Below, piece by piece: positions 36,583 to 47,065 of a stretch of 64,000 bases of DNA. Positions within the stretch are counted from its first letter, which is position 1. Each line of letters begins with the position of its first letter. The notes beneath the pieces are model-generated. The model was given only the letters and a program-made list of their open reading frames with translations. It searched no databases and was not told the DNA's origin. Position numbers and translations under genes: made by a program. Origin of the DNA: Candidatus Latescibacterota bacterium (GTDB lineage Bacteria > Latescibacterota > UBA2968 > GCA-2709665); NCBI GenBank assembly GCA_965219995.1, contig CBDCOX010000002.1, positions 1 to 64,000 of the forward strand, written 5' to 3'.

Positions 36583-38021
36583 GAACCGTTCTGCCCGTTA
36601 TCTGCCTGCTGCTGGCGGCCTGCGCCGCGGCGCCGCGGGTGAACCCGCCGGACGTCGACGTGACGCTTCCGGATGCCTGGTCCGCGGGACCCGCCGGGAC
36701 GGCGGCGGCGGACACGCTGTGGTGGCGTGCATTCAATGACGAGACCCTTTCCGGCCTGGTTGCAGACGCGCTCGCGAGAAACCACAACCTCCAGGCCTCC
36801 GCCGCCAGGGTACGCGCCGCCGCGGCTCGCGCGAGGATCGCGGGGGCCCCTCTCTATCCCGATGCCGGAGGCCGCGCCAGCGGGTCCCGGCGGAAACAGA
36901 ACTTCATCGGTCTGCCCATCCCCGGATCCGGAAACGGCGTCCTGACGTCCACTTCGAGCAGCTTCGGCCTTTCGCTCGACGTTTCCTGGGAGCTCGATCT
37001 CTGGAACCGTCTGGGAGCCGGCGCGTCAGCGGCGCTGGCCGACGTGCAGGCCGCGCGCGCGGACCACAACGGCGCGAGACTCTCGCTTTCCGGGCAGACC
37101 GTCAAGGCCTGGTTCGCCGCGGTGGAGGCGCACAGGCAGGTCGAACTCTCGGAAGCCACGGTTGAGAATTTCAGGACGTCCAGCGAGGTCGTGCGGGAAC
37201 GGTACCGGCGTGGCCTGAGGCATGCACTGGACCTCCGCCGCGCGCTTTCGAGCCTTGCCGGGGCCGAAGCCGTACTCCAGCAACACCGGCTGGTATTCGG
37301 CGCAACCTGCCGCCAGCTGGAAGTACTCCTGGGCAGGTATCCCGCCGCCGCCCTGAGGCCGGGCGTAACCCTGCCGGAACTCCCGGAGGCGATTCCCGCC
37401 GGCCTGCCCGCCGACCTCGTGGCGCGGCGGCCGGACCTCGTCGCGGCGGAACGCAGACTGGCCGCATCCTACGCCCGGTACACGCAGGCCAGGCGGGCGC
37501 TCTATCCGCGCATCAGCCTGACGGGCTCCGCCGGCACGTCCACCAGGGACCTCGAGAATCTGCTCGACGGCGACTTCAGTGTCTGGAACCTGGCCGGAAA
37601 CATCCTGCAACCCCTCTTCCAGGGCGGGCGAATTCGCGGCGGCATCCAGTTGGCCGCCTCACAATCCGAGCAGGCCGTTTCCGCGTACGTTCAGAGCGTC
37701 CTGTCGGCTTATGCCGAAGTCGAAACAGCACTCGCGGCAGAGACGCTCCTGGCGAAGAGACAGGCGGCACTGGAAACCGCAACCGAGCAGGCCCTCGCCG
37801 CGCGCCGTCTCGCCGAAGACCGTTACGCCGGCGGGCTCGCGGACCTGAACACCATGCTCGATGCCCAGCGCGGGGCCTACGCGTCCGAGAGCCAGCTGAT
37901 CGCCGTACGCCGGCAGCGCCTGGAGAACCGGGTCAACCTGCACCTCGCGCTCGGCGGGGGCTTCGGGGATGCCCGGAGGATGGTTTCCACGACGCCTACA
38001 ACGCAAACGGAAGGACTGTAG
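36579..38021 (+). CDS. Efflux outer-membrane channel lipoprotein (NodT/OprM/TolC family)
   Basis: TTG start, lipobox LAAC, WW..F.D..L, SWELDLW, PADLVARRPD, ALGGG. Confidence 0.93.
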   Translation: MRTVLPVICLLLAACAAAPRVNPPDVDVTLPDAWSAGPAGTAAADTLWWRAFNDETLSGLVADALARNHNLQASAARVRAAAARARIAGAPLYPDAGGRASGSRRKQNFIGLPIPGSGNGVLTSTSSSFGLSLDVSWELDLWNRLGAGASAALADVQAARADHNGARLSLSGQTVKAWFAAVEAHRQVELSEATVENFRTSSEVVRERYRRGLRHALDLRRALSSLAGAEAVLQQHRLVFGATCRQLEVLLGRYPAAALRPGVTLPELPEAIPAGLPADLVARRPDLVAAERRLAASYARYTQARRALYPRISLTGSAGTSTRDLENLLDGDFSVWNLAGNILQPLFQGGRIRGGIQLAASQSEQAVSAYVQSVLSAYAEVETALAAETLLAKRQAALETATEQALAARRLAEDRYAGGLADLNTMLDAQRGAYASESQLIAVRRQRLENRVNLHLALGGGFGDARRMVSTTPTTQTEGL

Positions 38022-38024
38022 AAC

Positions 38025-39296
38025 ATGAGTATCAAGCCTTTGCAAAGCAGGCATCCGGACAAGCCGCGTCTCTTCGCGCGTATCTGGCGCTGGATTCGTC
38101 GGCATCCGAAGGCGCTGCTCCCGCCGGCGGTGATTGCGTTCGGAGGTCTTTGCGCGTTCGTCCTGATCGCCACACGGTCCGACGTCGTGGTGGCGCCTCC
38201 GGAAACACCGCCGCCTCTGGTACGGGCGATGCCCGTCGAAATCCAGGATGTACAACTCGCACTGCAAGCCCAGGGCACCGTTGCGCCGCGTACCAAGACC
38301 AGTCTGGTGTCGCAGGTTGCCGGCCAGATCATCTCGGTCTCTCCCGCGTTTGCCAACGGAGGCTTCTTCAGAGCAGGCGACGTTCTGCTCGCCGTCGATC
38401 CGCGCGACTACGAACTCGCGGTGGATCGCGCCCGGGCCGTGGTCGCGCAGGCCGAGGTACGGTTGGCGCGGGAAGAGGAAGAAGCCGACCTGGCCAGGCA
38501 GGAATGGCAGCGCCTGGGCAACGGCGAAGCCACCGACCTGGCCCTTCGGAAGCCTCAGCTGGCCGACGCCCGGGCCGCCCTCCAGGCCGCGCGGGCATCC
38601 CAGGAGCAGGCCCGGCTCGCACTCGAGCGAACCCGCATCCGGGCGCCCTACGAAGGGCGGGTGCTGTCCAAGATCGTGGACCTGGGGCAGTACGTCAATC
38701 CCGGTGCGCCCGTCGCCCGCATCTATGCCGTGGACTACGCCGAGATCCGCCTGCCCGTGCCGCACGAGCAACTCGCGTATCTGGACCTGGTCTACAACGC
38801 TCGCAGCGAACTCGCGCCGGCCTCCCGCCCGAAAGCCCTGGTTCATGCGGATTTCGCCGGGGCGCCGCACACATGGAGCGGCGAAATCGTCCGCATCGAA
38901 GGGGAGATTGACGCCCGCACGCGCATGGTCAATCTGGTCGCGCGGGTCGACGCGCCATACGACCGGGGCGATGACAAGGGCCGCGCTCCCCTGTTCGCCG
39001 GGCTGTTTGTCGAGGTGGAAGTCCTCGGGCGCGTCGCCAGGGACATCGCGGTGATTCCCCGCACGGCCCTGAGGGGCGCCAACCAGGTCCTTGTGATCGA
39101 CGACGACGATCGTCTGCGTTTTCGTCAGGTCGATCTGTTGAGGCTCGAAGCGGAGAACGCCCTCATCCGGTCCGGCCTCGACGGAGGAGAACGGGTCTGC
39201 ATCTCCACGCTGGATGCCGTTGTGGAGGGCATGCAGGTACGCATCATCACCCCGGAGAACGATGCCGCGATCCGGACTGAGGGAGGCGCCGGATGA
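38025..39296 (+). CDS. RND efflux periplasmic adaptor (MFP)
   Basis: N-terminal TM, lipoyl half-motifs, alpha-hairpin, IRAPYEG, IPRTAL. Confidence 0.93.
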   Translation: MSIKPLQSRHPDKPRLFARIWRWIRRHPKALLPPAVIAFGGLCAFVLIATRSDVVVAPPETPPPLVRAMPVEIQDVQLALQAQGTVAPRTKTSLVSQVAGQIISVSPAFANGGFFRAGDVLLAVDPRDYELAVDRARAVVAQAEVRLAREEEEADLARQEWQRLGNGEATDLALRKPQLADARAALQAARASQEQARLALERTRIRAPYEGRVLSKIVDLGQYVNPGAPVARIYAVDYAEIRLPVPHEQLAYLDLVYNARSELAPASRPKALVHADFAGAPHTWSGEIVRIEGEIDARTRMVNLVARVDAPYDRGDDKGRAPLFAGLFVEVEVLGRVARDIAVIPRTALRGANQVLVIDDDDRLRFRQVDLLRLEAENALIRSGLDGGERVCISTLDAVVEGMQVRIITPENDAAIRTEGGAG

Positions 39297-42200
39297 ATCG
39301 CGCAATCGCCTGGTTCGCCGAAAACAGCGTCGCGGCCAATCTACTCATGGTCGTTATCCTGGCCAGCGGACTGATCACGATCGGCGGCATCGAACTCGAG
39401 ATCTTTCCCGAGTTCTCCGCGGACGTCGTAACGGTGTCCGTTGTCTATCGCGGGGCGGCGCCCGAGGAGGTGGAAGAGGGCGTCTGCGTGCGGATCGAGG
39501 AAGCCGTTCAGAGCATCGAAGGCATCGAACGCATCCGTTCGACGGCCTCCGAAAACCGGGGCAGCGTGAATATCGAGCTCATGCCGGGTACCGACGCACG
39601 AAGAGTCCTCGAGGACGTCAAGTCCGCCGTCGACGCCATTGACACGTTTCCGGACGAAACCGAACAGCCCCTCATCCAGGAAGTGGTCATGCGTCGCCAG
39701 GTGGTCAATGTGGCGGTCTCGGGCGACGCCGACGAGGCCACCCTCAAATACCTGGGTGAACAGGTCCGGGACGAGATTACCGCCATTCCGGGAATTACCC
39801 AGGCGGAACTGAGCGGCGCGCGTCCGTACGAGGTTTCCATCGAAGTCTCTGAAGGCGCGTTGCGGCGATTCAACCTTACGTTCGACGAAGTCGTGAGGGC
39901 GGTGCGCCGCTCCTCCCTGGATCTGCCAGGCGGCGCCATCAAGACGGACGGCGGCGAAATCCTGCTGCGGACAAAAGGGCAGGCCTACCGGGGCACGGCT
40001 TTCGAGAACATCGTACTGCGAACCCGCCCCGACGGCGCCGCACTCACCGTGGGGGACGTGGCCACGGTCGTGGACGGATTCGCCGACGCGGACATATCGG
40101 GACGGTTCGACCTGGAACCGGGCGTGATGGTGCAGGTGTTCCGGGTGGGCGACCAGGACGCGCTTGACATCTCCCGCAAAGTCAAGGAGTACATCAAATC
40201 GGCGGAATCCCGCATGCCCGAGGGCATTTCACTGACCATCTACGCGGATTTCTCCAGGATTCTCGAAGGCCGCCTGAACCTGATGCTGAAGAACGGCCGT
40301 GGGGGTTTCATCCTCGTCCTCGTCATCCTCGCGCTGTTCCTGAGACTTCGTCTGGCCTTCTGGATCGCGCTCGGAATCCCGATCTCCTTCCTGGGCGCCA
40401 TCGCGTTGATGCCGACCGTCGGCGCGTCCATCAATCTGATCTCGCTGTTTGCGTTCATCGTCGTACTCGGTATCGTCGTCGACGACGCCATTGTCGTCGG
40501 CGAAAACATCTACCGGCGGTTCCAGCAGGGCGAGCGGGGCCTTCGGGGCGCCATCGCCGGCGCCCAGGAAGTGGCCGTGCCGGTCACCTTCGCGGTGTTG
40601 ACGTCCATCGCCGCGTTTTCGCCCCTGCTGATGGTCCCCGGCGCGTCCGGAAAGATCATGAGGCTGATCCCGGAGATCGTCATCCTCACTCTGATATTCT
40701 CGCTCGTCGAATCCCTGTTCATCCTGCCGGCCCACCTGGCGCACGCCAGGCTCCGCGAAAGAAAGAAAACAACCAGCCGTATCGGTGGGACCTTGAGACG
40801 GTTTCGAGACGGCTTTTCGTCCCGCCTGGACTGGATCATCCACCAGCTCTACCGGCCGTTTCTCGAACGATGCCTGGAGTGGCGGTACCTGAGCGCGTCC
40901 GTGGGGGTGGCCGCGCTGACCCTGACGGCCGGCCTCATTCTCGGGGGCTGGATCGGCTTCGTGTTTCTGCCGCAGGTACCGGCCGACAACGTGGCGGCGA
41001 TTCTGACCATGCCTCAGGGTACGCCCGCCGAGGCGACCGCGCGGGTCGTGCGCAAGCTGGAGGCGTCCGCGATCCGGCTGCAGCGGGAACTCGAATCGGA
41101 AACCGACGAGAAAATCTTCACGCACATGCTCGCGCTGGTCGGAGACCAGCCTCTCCGCGCGGCCCAGCGTGACAACCGCGGCCGGAACGCCTCCTACTCC
41201 GGCGCCCACCTCGGTGAAGTCAACATCGAACTCACGCCGGCCGAGGAGCGGAGCGTCAGCAGCATCGAGATCGCGCGGCGATGGCGCAAGCTTGCCGGCC
41301 CCATACCCGACGCGACGGAACTGACGTTCACCTCTTCTCTCTTTTCCGTGGGCGAACCCATCAATATCCAGCTTACCGGGCCGGACTACGGCGAACTACG
41401 GGCCGCCGCCGAGAAACTCAAAATGAGGCTGGCCGAGTATCCGGGTGTGCTGGACATCGCCGATTCGTTTCGCCCTGGAAAAAAGGAAGTGAAACTTGCC
41501 CTGACCGAAGAAGCCCGCCTGCTTGGCCTGACCATGGCGGACATGGCCCGGCAGGTCCGACAGGCGTTCTACGGCGAGGAGGCGCAGCGCATCCAGCGGG
41601 GCAGGGACGACGTTCGGGTGATGGTCCGCTATCCCGAGAGCGAACGGCGGTCGATGAACAACCTGGAGAGCATGCGTTTACGCACCCCGGAAGGCGTCGA
41701 AGTGCCCTTTTCCGTCGCCGCGCGGACGGAACTGGGGCGGGGTTACGCCGCCATCCGCCGCACGGACCGGCAGCGCATCGTCAGCGTCACCGCGGACGTC
41801 GACGAGGGCACGACCAACGCCAACGTGGTCCTGGCGGACGTCACCGCAAGGGTGCTGCCGGCAATCGTCGCGGACCACCCCCGCGTCCGGTTCAGTCTGG
41901 AAGGCGAACAGAGGGAGCAGCAGGAGTCCATGGCGGGTCTTACGAGGAGTTTCGGCATGGCCCTGTTCGTCATCTTCGGCCTGCTCGCGATTCCCTTCCG
42001 CTCCTACCTTCAGCCGCTCATCATCATGGCCGTGATCCCCTTCGGATTCGTCGGCGCCGTGATCGGGCACATCATCATGGGCCTCGACCTCACGATTCTA
42101 TCGATCTTCGGCCTGGTCGCGCTGTCAGGCGTGGTCATCAACGACAGCCTGGTGATGGTGGACTTCATCAACCGCCGGCGCAAGGAGGGCAACGACCTGC

Positions 42201-42493
42201 AGGATGCCATCCGGCAGTCGGGGATGGCGCGGTTCCGCCCCATCCTGCTCACGTCTCTCACCACGTTCGCGGGTCTGACCCCGCTGCTGTTCGAGAAGAG
42301 CCTGCAGGCGCAGCTGCTCATCCCGATGGCGACCTCGCTGGGCTTCGGCGTCATTTTCGGTACGGCGGTCATCCTGATTCTCGTTCCCGTCACCTATGCC
42401 ATCCTGGAAGACATCAGGCACGGCGTCGCCGGGCTGTTCCGCCGTCGGCCGGCCCCCGAGCCGGAGGCCGCGCCGCGTCCCGCGGATGACTGA
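39293..42493 (+). CDS. RND efflux permease (AcrB/AcrD/AcrF family)
   Basis: 1066 aa, GIVVDDAIVVGEN, RFRPILLTSLTT, 12-TM layout. Confidence 0.96.
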   Translation: MNRAIAWFAENSVAANLLMVVILASGLITIGGIELEIFPEFSADVVTVSVVYRGAAPEEVEEGVCVRIEEAVQSIEGIERIRSTASENRGSVNIELMPGTDARRVLEDVKSAVDAIDTFPDETEQPLIQEVVMRRQVVNVAVSGDADEATLKYLGEQVRDEITAIPGITQAELSGARPYEVSIEVSEGALRRFNLTFDEVVRAVRRSSLDLPGGAIKTDGGEILLRTKGQAYRGTAFENIVLRTRPDGAALTVGDVATVVDGFADADISGRFDLEPGVMVQVFRVGDQDALDISRKVKEYIKSAESRMPEGISLTIYADFSRILEGRLNLMLKNGRGGFILVLVILALFLRLRLAFWIALGIPISFLGAIALMPTVGASINLISLFAFIVVLGIVVDDAIVVGENIYRRFQQGERGLRGAIAGAQEVAVPVTFAVLTSIAAFSPLLMVPGASGKIMRLIPEIVILTLIFSLVESLFILPAHLAHARLRERKKTTSRIGGTLRRFRDGFSSRLDWIIHQLYRPFLERCLEWRYLSASVGVAALTLTAGLILGGWIGFVFLPQVPADNVAAILTMPQGTPAEATARVVRKLEASAIRLQRELESETDEKIFTHMLALVGDQPLRAAQRDNRGRNASYSGAHLGEVNIELTPAEERSVSSIEIARRWRKLAGPIPDATELTFTSSLFSVGEPINIQLTGPDYGELRAAAEKLKMRLAEYPGVLDIADSFRPGKKEVKLALTEEARLLGLTMADMARQVRQAFYGEEAQRIQRGRDDVRVMVRYPESERRSMNNLESMRLRTPEGVEVPFSVAARTELGRGYAAIRRTDRQRIVSVTADVDEGTTNANVVLADVTARVLPAIVADHPRVRFSLEGEQREQQESMAGLTRSFGMALFVIFGLLAIPFRSYLQPLIIMAVIPFGFVGAVIGHIIMGLDLTILSIFGLVALSGVVINDSLVMVDFINRRRKEGNDLQDAIRQSGMARFRPILLTSLTTFAGLTPLLFEKSLQAQLLIPMATSLGFGVIFGTAVILILVPVTYAILEDIRHGVAGLFRRRPAPEPEAAPRPADD

Positions 42494-42536
42494 AACCGGA
42501 TTCCCGCGGCAACGGAAAGTCGATGGTCCCTGCTTC

Positions 42537-42598
42537 GACAATTTTGCAGTCAATTGCAAATTTGTCTTGACATTTTTGCAGTTTAGTGCAAAATTGTC
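42537..42598. promoter_or_regulatory. Two tandem 30-bp palindromic operators overlapping the promoter of the AAA gene
   Basis: GACAATTTTGCA-N6-TGCAAATTTGTC (42537-42566) and GACATTTTTGCA-N6-TGCAAAATTGTC (42569-42598). TTGACA (42567-42572) is formed at their junction. Confidence 0.8.
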
Positions 42599-42600
42599 AT

Positions 42601-43785
42601 ATGGGCGACCTGATTTCCAGATACCTCGAATCCGCAGCGACGGAAGACCTGAATTCGAGGATGGTCTTTGTCGCAGGCCCGCGGCAGGTAGGAAAAACCA
42701 CACTTGCGACGCTTTTGTCACGGCGCCATTCAAAGAGCGTTTACCTGAACTGGGACAATCGAACCCATCGGGAAAGGATTCTGCGAGAGGAATGGGATCC
42801 CGAAAGCCAGATTCTTGTCTTCGACGAAGTCCACAAGTACGATCGATGGAAAGGACTGATCAAAGGCATCTGGGACACGAGAGGGAACAATGAACGGATT
42901 ATCGTAACCGGGAGTTCGAGGCTGGACACCTATCGTCGCGGCGGCGACTCGCTTTTGGGAAGATACCACCTGTACCGGCTCCACCCATTCACCGCAGCCG
43001 AACTTGAGGGCGGCTGGAATGAAGACGATAACGCTGAACCCTATGAACTGACATTCGGAACTGCGCGCTCTGACAACGTCCGGCATTTGATGGCGTTCGG
43101 TGGTTTTCCCGAGCCCTGCCTCACGGGCAGCACGCGTACCCACCGCCGCTGGCTTCGCGAACGATTCGAACGGGTCTTCAGAGAAGACATTCGAGACACG
43201 ACAGTCGTCCGGTCGCTCTCACAGATCGAACTGCTGGGCGCGATGATGCCGAAACGCGTGGGGTCTCCGCTTTCGATGAATGCAATATCCGAAGACCTCG
43301 AAGTCAGTCCGCACACGGTTCGAACCTGGGTCGACCTGCTATGCCGGAATTACTACACCTATGGTGTCGCCCCATATCACCGACGCATCGAACGGGCCGT
43401 GAAGAAATCCGCCAAATACTATCTGTGGGACTGGTCTGAGGTCGATGATGAAGGGACCAGATTCGAGAATCTCATCGCCTCCCATCTCCTTAAGTTCTGC
43501 CACTTCCTCCGGGATGCCAACGGGATAAACACAGATCTGCGGCTTCTGCGGGACCGTGAGAAACGTGAAGTGGATTTCGTGGTTCTGTGGGATGAAAAAC
43601 CGTGGTTCCTCGTCGAGTGCAAGTTGACCGCACCCCGAAACCACGGGCACCTCGTCCGTTTTGCCGATCTGCTGAACGTCAAACAGCGATTTGTCGTCGC
43701 ACTGTCCGAGAGAGACGACTACCTGGACCGCCGCACGGGCGTCCGCGTTCTTCCCGCGTCCAGGTTTCTGACCGCGTTTCCATAG
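42601..43785 (+). CDS. AAA_14 ATPase with DUF4143 domain (COG1373)
   Basis: GPRQVGKT, VFDEVH, TGS, GGFPE, FEN, EVDF...ECK. Confidence 0.92.
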   Translation: MGDLISRYLESAATEDLNSRMVFVAGPRQVGKTTLATLLSRRHSKSVYLNWDNRTHRERILREEWDPESQILVFDEVHKYDRWKGLIKGIWDTRGNNERIIVTGSSRLDTYRRGGDSLLGRYHLYRLHPFTAAELEGGWNEDDNAEPYELTFGTARSDNVRHLMAFGGFPEPCLTGSTRTHRRWLRERFERVFREDIRDTTVVRSLSQIELLGAMMPKRVGSPLSMNAISEDLEVSPHTVRTWVDLLCRNYYTYGVAPYHRRIERAVKKSAKYYLWDWSEVDDEGTRFENLIASHLLKFCHFLRDANGINTDLRLLRDREKREVDFVVLWDEKPWFLVECKLTAPRNHGHLVRFADLLNVKQRFVVALSERDDYLDRRTGVRVLPASRFLTAFP

Positions 43786-43824
43786 GAATCCGTTAACGGG
43801 CTGGATTATGCACGGGGGACCCCG

Positions 43825-44613
43825 CTACAGAAGCGACCTGACAAAACCCCCGTCCACCTGCAGCGACGTGCCCGTAATGTAGCTCGCCCGCTCCGACGCC
43901 AGAAAGACAACGTAGGCGGACAGTTCCGGCACGGTCCCCAGGCGGCCCAGCGGGATTTCGTCGGCCAGCGGGCGCATGGCATCCTGAACGGAGATGCCCT
44001 CTGCCCGGGCGGTTTCTTCGAACTCCTCCCGCAATAACTCGGTGTCGATAAACCCGGTACACACGTTGTTCACCAGAATCCCGTCGCGCGCGTGTTCGTT
44101 CGCAAGGGTCTTCGCCGCGCCCGCAACCGCGGTCCGCAACACGTTCGAAACCGTGTTACCCGCCGGTTGCCTGACCGCAAATGCGCAGAGGTTGATGATC
44201 CTCCCGCCACCCCGCGCCTGCATCAGGGGAATGGCGCGCCTGCACATCCGGAGTACGTAATTCAGGATCAGATCCGTGTATTCGCCCCACATCTCTTCCG
44301 TCACCTGCGCGAACGGGACGGCGGGCGGACCCCCGGAGTTGTTCACCAGAATGTCGATTCCGCCAAACGCGTCAACAGTCTCCCGCGTCAGTCGATCCAC
44401 GGTTTCCTCAGTTGAGAGGTCGCCGGCAACGGTGAGCACGTCCGAACCCGTAGCGGACCTGATCTCCGCGGCGGCCGCCTCCAGCCTCCGCTCGTTCCTC
44501 GCGCACACGGCCACCCGCGCCCCCTCCCGTGCAAGCGCCATCGCGCATCCCTTTCCCAATCCTCGGCTTGCGCCCCCAACGATCGCCACCTTGTCCATCA
44601 ATCCCATGTCCAT
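43825..44613 (-). CDS. SDR family oxidoreductase (FabG-like)
   Basis: GASRGLG, DILVNNSGGP, IPLGRLG, ITG...VDGG. Confidence 0.92.
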   Translation of the reverse strand: MDMGLMDKVAIVGGASRGLGKGCAMALAREGARVAVCARNERRLEAAAAEIRSATGSDVLTVAGDLSTEETVDRLTRETVDAFGGIDILVNNSGGPPAVPFAQVTEEMWGEYTDLILNYVLRMCRRAIPLMQARGGGRIINLCAFAVRQPAGNTVSNVLRTAVAGAAKTLANEHARDGILVNNVCTGFIDTELLREEFEETARAEGISVQDAMRPLADEIPLGRLGTVPELSAYVVFLASERASYITGTSLQVDGGFVRSLL

Positions 44614-44720
44614 CTGAAGACCTCCCCTCCGGTAAACTTGACATTCGTCCACGCGCCGCGCATGATACCCAACCGGTCCATTCAGGCGGCCAGTCTCAAT
44701 TCGAAAAAAGATAACCGTTC

Positions 44721-44867
44721 AATTGGCCACAAAAAGCACAAATGGCACAAAAGGTACCGATGCGAAACGGCGTGTGTCTTTACGACGTGACCCTGCTGGT
44801 ATTTCCTTGTCTTTCGGCTTATACGTCCTGCAACAGGATAGCTGTTTTTGTGCCTCTTGTGGCAATT
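44721..44867. repeat. Cassette bounded by inverted 9-mer (GCACAAAAR) arrays
   Basis: Left GCCACAAAAAGCACAAATGGCACAAAA; right TTTTTGTGCCTCTTGTGGC; AATT on both outer sides. Confidence 0.75.
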
Positions 44868-45100
44868 TGCCTTAAATCGACAAATCCAGCACGCCGACAC
44901 TGTGGAGAAAGCTACTTGAACGGGTCAAAAAGTCCGTACGAAACGACATTCTCTCCGTTTACGTCAGTGACCTGAAGGTTTCTGGAAATCCATCCACAAA
45001 TCGCCTTTGTTCTCTTGCGTATAATCGAATTAACGTCCCCGAAAAATGACGAATCGCGACCAGTTTCCAGGACTGAACACCAGGAAAAAGGAGTTGAGGT

Positions 45101-46972
45101 ATGAGATCAACCCGGGTACTCGCGGGTAACTTTCGCCACCACGGCCCCGCTACGCAGAGCAGCCACCCGAGAGGCATCGTCGCAGCAGCGGGCGGGGACG
45201 GCCGGAACGTCGTCCTCGTCTGGCTGTTCGACCACCGGGGCGGGTACGCGCTGCTGGTCATAGACGCCGCCACGGGCGAGAGCCGGGAGTTCCCCGTACC
45301 CTTTCCTCCCGGTGACGATTGCCCCTACGCGTCGCTCCTTTCGTCCAGGAACCGGTTCTACACCCACTTCAACGGCTGGTTCGTGGAGTTCGACGTCAAT
45401 GCGATGGACTACACGATCTGCCGCGAGACCGCTCCGCGCATGGCGATGGGACTGACCGAAGACGACACGGGAATCATCTGGTCTTCGACCTATCCGCAGA
45501 GCGGGCTCGCTTCATACGATCCTGAATCCGGCGAATTCAGGGACTACGGGCACCTTTACGCCCAGAACTGGCGCCAGTATCCCACCACCCTTGCCACGGA
45601 CGACGCCGGCTGGGTCTACTTCGGCATCGGGACCACCCTGTGCCAGATTATTGCGTTCGATCCGAAAAACGAAAAGGCCGCGCCCCTGCTCGCGGAGCAC
45701 GAACGATCGCGTGGCAGCGCATCCGTTTACCGGGACCTCAACGGGAGAGTCTACGCCCTGCCGCCAACGGGAACCCCCTGGCCGGGGGACAATCCGGATG
45801 CCGAAACATGGTACGAACTCTACCGTGGCGAACGCAAGGAAGTACCCAGGAGGGAACGGCGCGAGAAGATCTATATCGCGGGCGACTCCGGTCACTTTCA
45901 TCCGGACTTCCCGGACGGGAGCCGGCTCGTGGACTGCAGTATGGTCGATCGGGTGATATCGGTCGAAGATCCCGACGGCAATCGCCTGGCGGACGTGACG
46001 TTCGACTACACGAGTGAAGGCGCGCACATCATGGGCGTTGCCGCGGCCCCCGACGGAACCATCTGCGGAGGCACCTTCTTTCCCCGGCGTACGTTCAGCT
46101 ATCGTCCGGAAACCGACACATGGCTCGAGCGGGAGAGCTTCGGCCAGTGGAATACCGTGGGCAGCCAGGGAGGCCGGTTTTTCGTGGGCGGGTACGGCAG
46201 CGGTACACTCCTGGAATGGGACCCGTTCAAGCCATGGGTGACGACGGAAAAGGAGAACCCCGCGTCGAACCCCTTCTTCCACCGGACCTGTACGCCCACC
46301 ATGCACCGGCCGCACAAGCTGCTCGTCCATCCGGACGGCGAGACGCTGGTGGTCGCGGGAACTCCGGGCTATGGCTATACGGGCGGCGGGCTGCTGTTCT
46401 GGAACTGTGAGACGCGGACCGGGACCCTGATGGAACACACCGACCTGTTGCCCGCTCACTCCACGGCAAGCCTCGCGGCGCTTTCCGGCCGAAAGCTACT
46501 GGGGGGCACGACAACCAACCCGGGAACGGGAGGCGAGCAGAAGGCGGCCGAAGCGGAACTCTACGTTTTCGATATGGAATTGACAAAACTGGAATGGCGA
46601 GACGTCCTATTCCCGGGGGCGCAGGAATACACGGACCTGTGCATGGGGCGGGACGGTCTCGCGTACGGCTTTGTCGACAGGGCCCGCTTCTTCGTCTTCC
46701 ACCCCGGGAAGCGCGAGTTGGTGCATCAGGAAGACACGGAACGGAACTTCGGACTGACGGCGCATCAGCAGGGTCCGCGGGTGTTCGTGACGGCGCCGGA
46801 CGGTACCGTTTACGTTCTGTTTGCAAAAGGCATCGGACGTATCGACAGTCGCACGTTCGCGATCGAAATGTGCGCGCCTTCGCCGGTGTCAATCAGCAAC
46901 GGCGGGGACTGCCTCGACGGCCGCATCTATTTCACCAGCAACTCGCATCTCTACAGCTGGGAAATCGTGTAG
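45101..46972 (+). CDS. Hypothetical beta-propeller protein
   Basis: AGGAG/GAGG RBS; repeated D..G.(I/V)Y and YDP..G blades; no signal peptide. Confidence 0.75.
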   Translation: MRSTRVLAGNFRHHGPATQSSHPRGIVAAAGGDGRNVVLVWLFDHRGGYALLVIDAATGESREFPVPFPPGDDCPYASLLSSRNRFYTHFNGWFVEFDVNAMDYTICRETAPRMAMGLTEDDTGIIWSSTYPQSGLASYDPESGEFRDYGHLYAQNWRQYPTTLATDDAGWVYFGIGTTLCQIIAFDPKNEKAAPLLAEHERSRGSASVYRDLNGRVYALPPTGTPWPGDNPDAETWYELYRGERKEVPRRERREKIYIAGDSGHFHPDFPDGSRLVDCSMVDRVISVEDPDGNRLADVTFDYTSEGAHIMGVAAAPDGTICGGTFFPRRTFSYRPETDTWLERESFGQWNTVGSQGGRFFVGGYGSGTLLEWDPFKPWVTTEKENPASNPFFHRTCTPTMHRPHKLLVHPDGETLVVAGTPGYGYTGGGLLFWNCETRTGTLMEHTDLLPAHSTASLAALSGRKLLGGTTTNPGTGGEQKAAEAELYVFDMELTKLEWRDVLFPGAQEYTDLCMGRDGLAYGFVDRARFFVFHPGKRELVHQEDTERNFGLTAHQQGPRVFVTAPDGTVYVLFAKGIGRIDSRTFAIEMCAPSPVSISNGGDCLDGRIYFTSNSHLYSWEIV

Positions 46973-47065
46973 CCTGAACGCGACGGTTCGGAGGCCCCGC
47001 CTGAATGCCCCAATAACCGGCGCCGGACACCAACTTCCGGGCCGTATGCAGTGCAGTCGGAAGCA

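Noticed and set aside
37659-42489. Long antisense and off-frame ORFs across the RND operon
   Set aside because: Codon-bias shadows of well-supported genes.
43825-44613. SDR lacking YxxxK as a pseudogene
   Set aside because: SNxxR at that position is normal for a known atypical FabG-like subgroup, and the ORF is intact.
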